Shown here piece after piece: positions 7,957 to 17,039 of a stretch of 32,000 nucleotides of DNA. The notes beneath the pieces are model-generated. The model was not told the origin of the DNA. It was given only the letters and a program-made list of their open reading frames with translations, and ran no database searches. Every line of letters starts with the position of its first letter. Positions within the stretch are counted from its first letter, which is position 1. Made by a program: the position numbers and the translations under genes. The DNA comes from Candidatus Methanoperedens sp. (GTDB lineage Archaea; Halobacteriota; Methanosarcinia; Methanosarcinales; Methanoperedenaceae), in the NCBI GenBank assembly GCA_041494705.1, contig JBGQBI010000005.1:60001-92000 (forward strand), read 5' to 3'.

Positions 7957-10392
7957 ATGGATTTGAAAGATGATAGTGGGCTAAGTTCCGGCGAAGCCCG
8001 GGAAAAACTCTTAAAGTCAGGTCCAAACCAGATTTTCAAAGCAACCGAAATCAGTTTCTTTGGCATTGCAAGGCATGAAGTAACAGAGCCTATGATTCTT
8101 CTTTTATTAGTCGTTGGCTTTTTCTACAGCATCTGGGGAAAACTGGAAGATGCTTTTACCATCTTTGTAGTAATCGCTTTGCTGGTTTTTGCAGAAGTCT
8201 ATAATGAGTTCCGGGCAAAAAAAGCAATAGCATCTTTAGAAAAAATAGCTGCGCCCAGAACGAAGGTGTTGAGGGATGGAAAAGTCACTGAGATTGACTC
8301 GGAAAATGTTGTACCTGACGATCTATTAATTCTTACCTCAGGGACTAAAGTTGCAGCCGATGCAAAAATTAAAAAATCAACAGGCTTGCAATTCGATGAG
8401 TCTCCCCTGACCGGTGAATCGTTTCCCCGGGACAAGGAAATTGGCGATGAAATATATGCAGGCACAATAGTACTTTCAGGAGAAGGGGCAGCTGTTGTTT
8501 TTTCAACAGGAAAGACTACAAAACTTGGCGAAATTGCCGCTGCTTCAAAAGTTATCAAACCTCCAAAAACCCCGCTGCAACTGGCTATGAAATCCCTGGC
8601 CGGCAAACTGGTTTTCGTGGCTTTGTTCTTTTCAATTATTATACCTCTTATAGGAATCCTGAGAGGGCAGGATATAAAGACTATGATTCTAACAGGTCTT
8701 TCCCTTTCTTTTGCCACTATTCCTGAAGAACTGCCGATTATTATTACGATGGTTCTGGGCCTCGGAGCATATACCTTATCAAAGAATAATTTTTTAGTCA
8801 AGAGAATAAAAGCTGCTGAAACTTTGGGCAATGCCACTGTGATTGTTACTGACAAAACAGGAACCATCACTGAAAATAAAATGAAAATCGCTGCATTTTA
8901 TCCTGCTGATAAAGGGAAAGAAATCCTGGAAATTGCCATTGGTTCAATTACTGAATATTCGTTGTCTCCTTTAGAGCGGGAAATTAAAAATAAAGCCGTT
9001 GAATTGAAGATGGATGCGACGCTGCTAAAAGTGGTTCGCCAGAGAAATCTTGGCAACGGCAGGAAAACAAAAGCAGTCATAAGAGAAAACGGGCCGGGCT
9101 ATGAATTGTTCTTAAGCGGTGCGCCTGAGGAGATTTTTGGAGTTTGCTTTAACATAAGCAATAATATAAAAGCTGCATTAAGTAACGAAGTTGAAAATGG
9201 GAGACGTGTAATCGCCATCGCTTATAAAAAATTAGCACCCGGGGAAAAGAACCTCGATTTTAATGAAATCGAAAAGCAAATGAATTTTGCAGGACTAATA
9301 AGTTTTGAAGACCCGCCAAGAGAGGGAATCAAAGAAACCATCGCTCTGGCAATGATGGCCGGCATCAGGACAATTATGGTTACAGGGGACCATCCTTCAA
9401 CAGCCGTTTTCATTGCCAGGGAAGTTGGTATTTCAACTAGCAATAAAGTATTAACCGGCACAGAGCTGGATAATTTAACGGATGAGGAATTACAAAATAC
9501 CGTGAAAGAGTTTTCCGTTTTTGCACGGGCAACTCCCGAACATAAATACCGGATTGTAAAGGCTCTGCAAAAGAACGGGGAAGTGGTAGCTGTAACGGGC
9601 GATGGAATTAACGACGCGCTGGCCCTGAAAGGCGCGGATATCGGCATAGCAATGGGAATCAGGGGAACGGATGTTGCAAAGGAAGCGGCAGAAGTTGTCG
9701 TGGCAGATGATAACTATATCACTATTGCCCAGGGGATTTTTGAAGGCAGGAAGTTTTTTGACAACCTGCAAAAAGGAATTAAATATTATCTCTCGGTGAA
9801 GGTTGCTTTAGTACTGATTTTCCTGTTACCTGTTCTTTTGGGAACCCCGATGCCATTTGCTCCCATCCAGATAATCCTCCTGGAATTATTCATGGATCTG
9901 GCCGCATCCGCCGGTTTTGTCGTGGAGGCGAAAGAAAAAAATATTTATTCCAGGCCGCCCCGTAACTCAAGAGAAAACATATTCAATAATCAGGTGATTA
10001 AAGACTTTTTAACTAAAGGCGTAGTGCTTTTTGCAGCAGTTATGTCTGTGTATTTCTATGCGCGGAGTCAGAATTTAAGTCTTCGGGAAACGCAAACCTA
10101 TGCTTTTTCGGCATGGATTTTTGGTCATATCTTTCTTGCTTATATTTCCCGTTCTGATAAGGAGTCCATTTTCTCCCTTGGGATATTTGCCAATAAGGTT
10201 ATTAACCTCTGGGCAGTAGCGGCAGTGGCATTTCTTGTTCTTGGGATTTATATTCCGTTTTTGAATGACAGATTTAATCTCGCCCCGATTAACTTTATTC
10301 AGCTAATGTTTGTTGCTCTGGTTATGGTATTCATTATAGGTTTATTGGAGGTTAAAAAAATATTCAGCAACCAGAGGGCACTACGAAAATGA
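7957..10392 (+). CDS. Cation-transporting P-type ATPase (type II, Ca2+/Mg2+-like)
   Basis: 811 aa. Contains TGES, the phosphorylation site DKTGTIT, MVTGDHP and VTGDGINDALALKGADIG, plus 8-10 TM helices. AAGGAG RBS sits upstream. Confidence 0.9.
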   Translation: MDLKDDSGLSSGEAREKLLKSGPNQIFKATEISFFGIARHEVTEPMILLLLVVGFFYSIWGKLEDAFTIFVVIALLVFAEVYNEFRAKKAIASLEKIAAPRTKVLRDGKVTEIDSENVVPDDLLILTSGTKVAADAKIKKSTGLQFDESPLTGESFPRDKEIGDEIYAGTIVLSGEGAAVVFSTGKTTKLGEIAAASKVIKPPKTPLQLAMKSLAGKLVFVALFFSIIIPLIGILRGQDIKTMILTGLSLSFATIPEELPIIITMVLGLGAYTLSKNNFLVKRIKAAETLGNATVIVTDKTGTITENKMKIAAFYPADKGKEILEIAIGSITEYSLSPLEREIKNKAVELKMDATLLKVVRQRNLGNGRKTKAVIRENGPGYELFLSGAPEEIFGVCFNISNNIKAALSNEVENGRRVIAIAYKKLAPGEKNLDFNEIEKQMNFAGLISFEDPPREGIKETIALAMMAGIRTIMVTGDHPSTAVFIAREVGISTSNKVLTGTELDNLTDEELQNTVKEFSVFARATPEHKYRIVKALQKNGEVVAVTGDGINDALALKGADIGIAMGIRGTDVAKEAAEVVVADDNYITIAQGIFEGRKFFDNLQKGIKYYLSVKVALVLIFLLPVLLGTPMPFAPIQIILLELFMDLAASAGFVVEAKEKNIYSRPPRNSRENIFNNQVIKDFLTKGVVLFAAVMSVYFYARSQNLSLRETQTYAFSAWIFGHIFLAYISRSDKESIFSLGIFANKVINLWAVAAVAFLVLGIYIPFLNDRFNLAPINFIQLMFVALVMVFIIGLLEVKKIFSNQRALRK

Positions 10393-10533
10393 CTCGGATG
10401 AACAATAGACCTTTTCAAAAGAATTTTATGCAATTGGACAATCGTATTTTAATTTAAATTTTGTATCCTATATAGGAAAAAACTAATCCTCAAACGGAAA
10501 GACATAAATACTGTCTTTAAGCAACTATTAATT

Positions 10534-11847
10534 ATGACAGAAGCAAAATCTGCATATAGCGGAGGTATTTCTCAATTTCATCCGGTCATTTCCATACCTG
10601 AAAATCCAAAATATAATCTTGTCTGTACAGGGTGCGGTACTACTTATTTGGATGACAGGTTAAAATGCGCAACAGATAATGCCCTGCTTCGGGCGAATTA
10701 CAGGAGCAAAAGACTTGATTTAAAGAATGTTCAGGGGATGGGAAGATTCCATGACTGGCTGCCAGTAAACGATTTAATAACAACCGAATCAGGTCCGATT
10801 ACATACAGAAGCGCTGAACTTGCAGCTGAGCTCGGGCTAAAAAACCTGTATATCTCTTTCAATGGCTACTGGCCTGAGCGCAAGGCATTCATTAAAACAT
10901 GCAGCTTCAAGGAACTTGAAGCATTTCCTACCCTTGCGAAATCCAAAAATTCAGGAAAATCACTCGTGCTGGCATCGGCAGGGAACACGGCACGCGCTTT
11001 TGCCCATGTGTCGGCAATGACAGGTGTAAAAATCTACATTGTAGTACCTGGAAGCGGGATTTCAAGAATGTGGCTGCCAGAGGAGCCCACAGATTCCATT
11101 CGTCTTATACAGATGGGGGAAAATTGCGATTATACGGATTCAATACACCTTGCAGAGCGGCTTTCAGCGCTTCCCGGAATGCAGGCGGAAGGCGGGGCGA
11201 GAAACGTGGCGCGCAGGGATGGAATGGGAACGGTGATGCTTGACGCATCGGTTTTTATGAAAAGGATGCCTGACCATTATTTCCAGGCAATAGGCAGTGG
11301 AACCGGAGGCATTGCGGCATGGGAAGCATCAATGCGGTTGCTTGAAGACGGTAGATTCGGCAAGAAACTCCCCAAACTTCATCTGTCACAGAACCTGCCT
11401 TTTGTGCCCATGTATAATGCATGGAAAGCGGGCAGGCGTGATATCATAAAAGACATTGATATGCCTGAGCCAAAGAAACTCATACATGAGATGTATGCCG
11501 ATATTCTCTCAAACCGTGAGCCGCCGTATTCGATTTTGGGCGGCGTGTTCGATGCATTGCATTCAACAGGCGGGAGCATGTATGCGATATCCAATAGCGA
11601 TGCAAAAAGAGGCGTGGAATTATTTGAGCGGCTTGAAGGTATTGATATCTTCCCGCCAGCCGGAGTTGCAGTTGCGTCCCTTATCCAGGCTATGGAGAAC
11701 GGAAAGATAGAAGCAAACGAGCATGTTGTGCTGAATATCACAGGCGGCGGAGTGAAGCGAGTGGAGAGCGACTATCATCTTTATAAGATTGAGCCATTTG
11801 CACATGCTGAAAATTCAAATGTCCCGCTCGAAGATATAATTAAATAG
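10534..11847 (+). CDS. Cysteate synthase (threonine synthase-like PLP enzyme, coenzyme M biosynthesis)
   Basis: 437 aa with threonine-synthase-like architecture: an N-terminal Cys cluster (CTGCG...KC), PLP-lysine context TCSFKELEA and SAGNTARAF. It sits next to fused comDE, as in Methanosarcinales. A paralogous threonine synthase cannot be excluded without a search. Confidence 0.7.
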   Translation: MTEAKSAYSGGISQFHPVISIPENPKYNLVCTGCGTTYLDDRLKCATDNALLRANYRSKRLDLKNVQGMGRFHDWLPVNDLITTESGPITYRSAELAAELGLKNLYISFNGYWPERKAFIKTCSFKELEAFPTLAKSKNSGKSLVLASAGNTARAFAHVSAMTGVKIYIVVPGSGISRMWLPEEPTDSIRLIQMGENCDYTDSIHLAERLSALPGMQAEGGARNVARRDGMGTVMLDASVFMKRMPDHYFQAIGSGTGGIAAWEASMRLLEDGRFGKKLPKLHLSQNLPFVPMYNAWKAGRRDIIKDIDMPEPKKLIHEMYADILSNREPPYSILGGVFDALHSTGGSMYAISNSDAKRGVELFERLEGIDIFPPAGVAVASLIQAMENGKIEANEHVVLNITGGGVKRVESDYHLYKIEPFAHAENSNVPLEDIIK

Positions 11848-11919
11848 AAGGCTGTCTCCAATGTCCATAATTGTGAAAGATTTTATACGGAAATTGATTA
11901 AACACAAATCACTTGAAAT

Positions 11920-11983
11920 GAACGCAGAAAACGCGAAACTCAAGAACAAGAATCTTTGCGGTCTTTGCGCCCTTTGCGGTGAG
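11920..11983. repeat. CGCAAAG-flavour 9-nt-periodic repeat (degenerate purine-rich arm + AAT + CTTTGCGGT CTTTGCGCC CTTTGCGGT)
   Basis: The right arm at 11954-11980 has three clean 9-nt units. The left arm at 11920-11953 is a decayed complement ending AAGAAT. It occupies most of the spacer between cysteate synthase and comDE. Confidence 0.7.
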
Positions 11984-11991
11984 ATAACCAG

Positions 11992-13101
11992 ATGAAAAAT
12001 CCAGAGCAAAAAGTCATCGAAATTCTTAAAAATAACAAGATTGACCTTGCCGCTACTTTGCCGTGCGATAGGATAAAAGCGCTGCTTCCACTGATAAGTG
12101 AAAATATAAAGACCATTCCCTTAACCCGCGAGGAGAACGGCGTGGGGATATGCGCCGGCGCCTATCTTGGTGGCGGAAGACCAGTCATGGTCATCCAGAG
12201 CACCGGTCTTGGAAATATGATAAATGTGCTTCTATCGCTAAACCTGACCTATTGCATTCCCCTGCCCATACTCGCAAGCTGGCGCGGGGTTTACAAAGAA
12301 TCAATCGAGGCACAGTGGCAGTTCGGGAAAAGATTGCCTGCGATTCTGGAAGCTGCCGGTATAAAATTCACTATTATCGAATCCCAGAGCGAGCTTGATA
12401 AGATAAATGATGCAATCAACGATTCTTTCAGTAATGCTCACCCGCATGTTGTGTTGATTTCCCCTTCTGTATGGGAATGTTCGTTATGTGATGCGCCTCT
12501 GCCCTTTGAGATAATTCCGAGGCGCCTGGAATTGAAATTTAAAAGTGAAATAAAAAAGCCTGAAATGACAAGATATGATGCCATTAAAATCCTGGCTGGA
12601 ATTGTTGACGATGATATTATAATCGCCAACCTTGGCATCCCTTCCAAGGAATTATTTGATATCAAGGACAGGGAGCTGAATTTCTATATGCTGGGTTCGA
12701 TGGGACTGGCATCGTCTATCGGGCTTGGGCTGGCGCTTATCCAGAAAAGGCATGTGTATGTGATTGACGGGGATGGAAGCCTGCTCATGAACCCGAATTC
12801 ATTGACAGCTATTGGAGAATATAACCCCGGGAACCTTACTATCATTGCTATTGACAATGCAGCCTATGGCTCTACCGGGAACCAGAAGACAGCAACATGC
12901 AGCCAGATTGATCTTGAACTGCTTGCTAAGGCAAACGGGATCGAAGATACAGTGAAAGTTCATACGACGGCTGAATTGAAAGAAGCTTTACTTCGCAAAG
13001 TGAGTTTTATACATGCGCTTGTAAAACCCGTTAATGTAAAATGCAGGGAGATTCCACTTTCTGCGAATGAGATTAAACAAAGGTTCATGAAAGAACTTTA
13101 G
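11992..13101 (+). CDS. comDE: Sulfopyruvate decarboxylase, fused alpha/beta subunits (ComDE)
   Basis: 369 aa. The N-terminal half is ComD-like. The C-terminal half carries the ThDP motif GDGSLLMNPNSL...IAIDNAAYGSTG. Adjacency to cysteate synthase argues against phosphonopyruvate decarboxylase. Confidence 0.8.
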   Translation: MKNPEQKVIEILKNNKIDLAATLPCDRIKALLPLISENIKTIPLTREENGVGICAGAYLGGGRPVMVIQSTGLGNMINVLLSLNLTYCIPLPILASWRGVYKESIEAQWQFGKRLPAILEAAGIKFTIIESQSELDKINDAINDSFSNAHPHVVLISPSVWECSLCDAPLPFEIIPRRLELKFKSEIKKPEMTRYDAIKILAGIVDDDIIIANLGIPSKELFDIKDRELNFYMLGSMGLASSIGLGLALIQKRHVYVIDGDGSLLMNPNSLTAIGEYNPGNLTIIAIDNAAYGSTGNQKTATCSQIDLELLAKANGIEDTVKVHTTAELKEALLRKVSFIHALVKPVNVKCREIPLSANEIKQRFMKEL

Positions 13102-13159
13102 GAAAGTTTTATCAAAAACCTTTAAGAAATCATGTCGCCGTTAAGTAAAAATGAATACA

Positions 13160-13234
13160 AAGATAAGCGGGAAGGGGAGTGGGTGGTATCGTTGAAAAAA
13201 TGAACCCGCTTATCTTGTTCGTTGTTCAACGAAC
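13160..13234. terminator. Two adjacent hairpins between convergent comDE and thrB
   Basis: A perfect 12-bp stem pairs AAGATAAGCGGG (13160-13171) with CCCGCTTATCTT (13205-13216) around a 33-nt loop. Immediately after comes GTTCGTTG tt CAACGAAC (13217-13234). The function (terminator or small RNA) is unproven. Confidence 0.35.
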
Positions 13235-13311
13235 ATGCATATATTGAAGTCCATTGCTTAAATAAGTATCGTATCAACAATTTTAAGCAAGTTTGCTCAT
13301 CTTAAGCAATT

Positions 13312-14208
13312 TCAACCTTCTATGATCTTTGCCCCATTTCCAATCGTGGTGATAAAAGCCTCGCTTCTTATGTGATTATCTGAAAAAGCCTGCGTCATTG
13401 CCTTTGCGATATTTTCTCTTTCATTAATCCTGCATACTGCAATCATAGTCGGTCCCGAACCGCTGATAGTTACCCCGGAAGCCCCTGCCTCAATCGCACT
13501 TTTCTTGACCTGTCCATATCCTTTTATAAGTTTTGAGCGCACTTCCTCGATTACCCTGTTCTCCATGCTTTCTCCGATGAGCTTTATATCGCTTTTCATC
13601 ATCCCCACCACCATAGACGCTGCGCTCCCCGTGTTAAAGGAAATATCAGGAAGCGATAACTTCCCGGGCAGGATAGCGCGGGCTGTCCTTGTGCTTACAA
13701 TTATTTCAGGATGAACTGCAACTATACCTATATTTTCGGGATACAGGGAGATAATCCTGTCTTTATGCACTATCACAAACCCGCCATAAATGGCAGGTGC
13801 AACATTATCGGCGTGAGCTGCTCCTGAAACAGCTTTTTCCCCCTGTGCCGCTATCCTGACAAGTTCCTCTTTTGAAAGACCGAGAGAGAACATTTCGTTT
13901 AAGGCAAATGCCACCCCTGCCGCTGGCGCCGCGCTGCTGCCAAGCCCGCTTGATAAGGGAATACCCCTTTGTATCCTGATTTTCATTTGCTTTTCAAGAA
14001 GAGATGCAACAATTCCCGCAGTATTCTTTTTGGGGTCAACCGGCACGTATCGCGAATCCCTTCCTGTAACGGTTATTATTGTTTTGTCACTTTTTTCAAC
14101 TTCTATAATGTCAGATGGGTTTCCAAGCGCTATTCCAAATACATCAAAGCCGGCGCCAAGGTTGGCAGATGTCGCTGGAACCCTGACCTTGAGGTAATCC
14201 TTTCCCAT
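13312..14208 (-). CDS. thrB: Homoserine kinase
   Basis: GHMP kinase carrying the ThrB signatures VPATSANLGAGFD, PLSSGLGSSAA and HADNVAPAIYGGF. Confidence 0.9.
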   Translation of the reverse strand: MGKDYLKVRVPATSANLGAGFDVFGIALGNPSDIIEVEKSDKTIITVTGRDSRYVPVDPKKNTAGIVASLLEKQMKIRIQRGIPLSSGLGSSAAPAAGVAFALNEMFSLGLSKEELVRIAAQGEKAVSGAAHADNVAPAIYGGFVIVHKDRIISLYPENIGIVAVHPEIIVSTRTARAILPGKLSLPDISFNTGSAASMVVGMMKSDIKLIGESMENRVIEEVRSKLIKGYGQVKKSAIEAGASGVTISGSGPTMIAVCRINERENIAKAMTQAFSDNHIRSEAFITTIGNGAKIIEG

Positions 14209-14690
14209 TATCTCTTATACCCGATTGATTGCAGGAAGATTTTTCGCTCTTCCTTGTCCTTGGCACTCTCGATTCCATTCGGACTTTCCCCATCAACGAC
14301 GCCCATGATACCCCTGCCCTGTCCTGTCTCTGCCACAATCACCTCGATAGGATTTGCCGTGGCGCAAAAAATATTGCATACTTCCTGCACGTTCTTTATT
14401 GCATTCAGGACGTTTATGGGATAAGCGTTTCTCATGAATATTATGAAGCTGTGACCGCAACCGAGCTCAAGAGCATTTTCTTCTGCCGCTTTAATTAGCT
14501 CATCGTCATTCCCGTCGCTGCGGACAAGGCACTTTCCCGAGGCTTCGGAGAATGCAAGCCCGAATTTGATGCCCGGGGCGCCGGTGATGAGGGTTTCGTA
14601 TAAATCCTCGGCGCTTTTGATGAAATGCGTCTGCCCGAGGATCAGGTTTGTATCATGAGGCGCAATGATTTTAACTGATTTTAATTCCAT
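14208..14690 (-). CDS. Adenosine-specific kinase family protein (PF04008-like)
   Basis: 160 aa. The pattern LGQTHFIKSAEDLYE...GIKFGLAFSEASG...CATANP matches my memory of this small archaeal family. Its stop overlaps the thrB start as TAATG. Confidence 0.65.
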   Translation of the reverse strand: MELKSVKIIAPHDTNLILGQTHFIKSAEDLYETLITGAPGIKFGLAFSEASGKCLVRSDGNDDELIKAAEENALELGCGHSFIIFMRNAYPINVLNAIKNVQEVCNIFCATANPIEVIVAETGQGRGIMGVVDGESPNGIESAKDKEERKIFLQSIGYKR

Positions 14691-14753
14691 AGGTTTCCTC
14701 CCATGTTATTATTGGGGTTTTGGTATTTATATGACTACTATGGGCTGAATTAA

Positions 14754-15716
14754 TCATTTTGCCAGCTTCAAAATCCCTACCAGTACGCAGGCGCTTATTA
14801 TATTTACCAGGTACTGCTCCACGGTATATTGTTTCATAAAAAAATAAACAAGAACGAAGACTGAAATTGATAATATAATCCGAAGTTTTGAAGAATTATC
14901 AAAAAGATTTACCAGTCTTATAAACAGGTAATTGCACACCAGGGCAAAAATAGACAATATCGGCAGCAATACCAAAAACATTACAACATATAAAAGAAAT
15001 ACCGGATTCAATTTCAATAATATCCAGAAAGACGCTATGAAAACAAGCACGGATAATATTGTATATACAGGGAATTTGTAAAATCCTTCTATCAATGATT
15101 GTAAGTCCCCCTGCATGCCTGATTTTTTATCAATTGAACTTGGTTTTGCAGCCGAAAAAGAAAAAGTTAAAATCAACAGCAAAAGAATGTTTTCAACTCT
15201 AGAATAATCGAGGTTTACCAGTCTTTGCCCGACGGTTTTTACGATATGGGGAATTAAACCGAGGTATAAACCGGAAAATACGCTAGCCAGTTCCAGCGAC
15301 CCGAAATCAAAGGTGAAATTCCCAAGGTCAATGTAATGCAAATATCCCAATAGTATCGCCACCATGAGCGGCGGCACAAATGCCGGGGATGCGCTGATTA
15401 GCTGCGAAGCCAGCCACTGGAAAAATCCGGAGCCGCTGCTGTAATGCGTAACATGCCCGCCGGTTGAGGATACTTTAAATTCTTTTACCTTATTCAGGGT
15501 CAGGAGGGCTGTAACGGCATGGCTGAGTTCATGAATGAATACGCCCCACCAGTTCATCGCCCTGAACAATCGCGGGTGCTTGAATGAGATGTTGCCGAGA
15601 TGGCGGCTGACGATGTTTATTGTAATTGATTGGATTATTAGTACGGAGAGAATTACAATTAGAAATGAGAAAGGGATGATGAAGAGATTTATGAGATTTG
15701 GGTTAATGTCGTTCAT
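14754..15716 (-). CDS. Polytopic membrane protein with HExxH motif (putative intramembrane zinc metalloprotease)
   Basis: 320 aa with at least 7 hydrophobic helices. HELSHAV sits next to a TM segment. It is AT-rich and starts 16 nt downstream of hicB. Confidence 0.6.
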   Translation of the reverse strand: MNDINPNLINLFIIPFSFLIVILSVLIIQSITINIVSRHLGNISFKHPRLFRAMNWWGVFIHELSHAVTALLTLNKVKEFKVSSTGGHVTHYSSGSGFFQWLASQLISASPAFVPPLMVAILLGYLHYIDLGNFTFDFGSLELASVFSGLYLGLIPHIVKTVGQRLVNLDYSRVENILLLLILTFSFSAAKPSSIDKKSGMQGDLQSLIEGFYKFPVYTILSVLVFIASFWILLKLNPVFLLYVVMFLVLLPILSIFALVCNYLFIRLVNLFDNSSKLRIILSISVFVLVYFFMKQYTVEQYLVNIISACVLVGILKLAK

Positions 15717-15732
15717 GCCTTAATGCACTTTT

Positions 15733-15951
15733 CTAAGCGTATATCAGCCTACCTTTAGGCTTTGGTACTTCCCTTCCAAGTTCCATAGCAGTTTCTATCC
15801 ATTCTTTTATTACAGTGAGTGTATTTTTTATCGCTTCTTCGTACGTCCTGCCATCCGCCATGCAACCAGGAAGCTCAGGCACTTCCGCAATATAGGCGTC
15901 GTCATCTTCACTCCAATATACGACCATTTCGTATTTTATAGCCTCTTTCAT
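15733..15951 (-). CDS. hicB: HicB family antitoxin
   Basis: 72 aa. The pattern YxxxxxxSEDDDAYIAEVPELPGCMADGRTYEEAIKN...EWIE is typical of the HicB N-terminal domain. It overlaps hicA as ATGA. Confidence 0.85.
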   Translation of the reverse strand: MKEAIKYEMVVYWSEDDDAYIAEVPELPGCMADGRTYEEAIKNTLTVIKEWIETAMELGREVPKPKGRLIYA

Positions 15952-16211
15952 ATTTTGTCCTCCATTAAATGGAATTTATATTTAAGAAACAAGTTTCTTA
16001 CCTGTTTAACTTGATATTGTTTTGCATTTCCATCCTTCAATGGTTGTAAGTTAATTATTTCAAAAATATGTTCTTTCGAAAATATATAATGATCTCCCCG
16101 TACTCTCTCGGAAAAACCGTAATGTAATAAGAGTTTTCTCAAATCATTGAATTTTATGTTCCGGTCGCTTTTGCCGGTAAAAATTTTATCGAGAGTTTTA
16201 TCCTTGCTCAT
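15948..16211 (-). CDS. hicA: HicA family mRNA interferase toxin
   Basis: 87 aa. FNDLRKLLLHYGFSERVRGDHYIF matches the HicA/YcfA core (GxH), and the toxin-first order is typical of hicAB. Confidence 0.8.
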   Translation of the reverse strand: MSKDKTLDKIFTGKSDRNIKFNDLRKLLLHYGFSERVRGDHYIFSKEHIFEIINLQPLKDGNAKQYQVKQVRNLFLKYKFHLMEDKI

Positions 16212-16238
16212 ATATCCTTTTCACAATATTAACAGATG

Positions 16239-17003
16239 TCATTCAATCTGTTTTTCTTTAAACTTACTTTCCTCAACATAATTTATTTTATCATTATTTA
16301 TGAAAATTTTCTTATCATTCTTTAACACGCACACATATTCACCGAATTTTAAAATTTTTCCTTCGATAACACTACCATCTACCATGTATATCTTTCCAGG
16401 AGGGTAATATGCATCACCAAAACCATAGGCTAATGCAACCATGGTTAATATTAAAAATGCGAATACTACAGACATTAAAAATAACAGCCCATCTAATTTA
16501 TACAAATATAGATTTGATAATATTGTCAAAAACGAAAAGATAAAGAGAGTTACTTTATTTCCAAATAATTTTATTGGAATTTCGTAGATCACATTGATAC
16601 CATAATTTAGACTCCTTGAAATGTTCACTTTTAACAATTTTTGCTCTTTGAGTTGAACTAGCTTCTGTTCTGCTTTCTTCTTGACAAAATCTAACAGTTC
16701 ATATCTCTTGGATTCGTATGCCATGATTGTGAATGTAAGACAAAAAAAAATGGCTACTTGAACAAACACAGATACCAAAGGCGATATCGTAAACCAATTT
16801 TTAATATAAATAATGTATGCTAATAGAAAAGGAAAATAGATATAAAACAATGAGAAAAATAGTCCATCCCTATAATATCCAAATTTATCGTATTTTTCAA
16901 CTTTTGTCTCTCCTACAATTCCTCCAAAATAAAGAAAAAGGGCGCCAATAATGACAATAAAAATTGGTATATCCTGACTTGTCAACTGATTTATTTCAAA
17001 CAT
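16239..17003 (-). CDS. Membrane protein of unknown function (6 TM, coiled-coil loop, small C-terminal beta domain)
   Basis: The track ORF starts at TTG 17009, but ATG at 17003 (MFEINQ...) is more likely. It is AT-rich (about 32% GC in a spot count). The C-terminus reads PPGKIYMVDGSVIEGKILKFGEYVCVLKNDKKIFI. Confidence 0.6.
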   Translation of the reverse strand: MFEINQLTSQDIPIFIVIIGALFLYFGGIVGETKVEKYDKFGYYRDGLFFSLFYIYFPFLLAYIIYIKNWFTISPLVSVFVQVAIFFCLTFTIMAYESKRYELLDFVKKKAEQKLVQLKEQKLLKVNISRSLNYGINVIYEIPIKLFGNKVTLFIFSFLTILSNLYLYKLDGLLFLMSVVFAFLILTMVALAYGFGDAYYPPGKIYMVDGSVIEGKILKFGEYVCVLKNDKKIFINNDKINYVEESKFKEKQIE

Positions 17004-17031
17004 CTTCAACGCTATATTTTCCTCGTTTCTA

Positions 17032-17039
17032 TATATAAA
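17032..17039 (-). promoter_or_regulatory. Archaeal TATA box TTTATATA for the membrane-hicAB-membrane cassette
   Basis: The minus strand reads aacacTTTATATAtagaaacgaggaaaatatagcgttgaagATG. The TATA ends 28 nt before the ATG at 17003, consistent with a near-leaderless transcript. Confidence 0.35.

Noticed and set aside
8199-8870. 223-aa minus-strand ORF, and similar long antisense ORFs at 9222..9647, 22218..22781, 28377..28838 and 29182..29739
   Set aside because: All lie entirely inside strongly supported genes on the other strand (P-type ATPase, atwA, xseAB, the TumE-like pair and ygiQ). They have the S/P/I-rich composition typical of shadow ORFs.
4755-11983. Possibility that the 9-nt repeats are a CRISPR array or CRISPR remnants
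   Set aside because: The units are only 9 nt and directly abutting, with no spacers. There are at most three per arm, arranged as inverted arms, and no cas genes or leader are present in the window.
11992-13101. Alternative call as phosphonopyruvate decarboxylase
   Set aside because: The families are homologous. However, adjacency to a cysteate-synthase-like gene in a methane-metabolising archaeon favours sulfopyruvate decarboxylase. This cannot be settled without phylogeny.
13132-13203. 23-aa small ORF (MSPLSKNEYKDKREGEWVVSLKK) in the comDE/thrB spacer
   Set aside because: It has no RBS or promoter signal and spans one arm of the 12-bp hairpin. It is most likely a chance ORF.
13312-14208. 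Alternative call as archaeal GHMP-type shikimate kinase
   Set aside because: The VPATSANLGAGFD and HADNVAPAIYGGF motifs are ThrB signatures and do not match the archaeal shikimate kinase pattern I recall.
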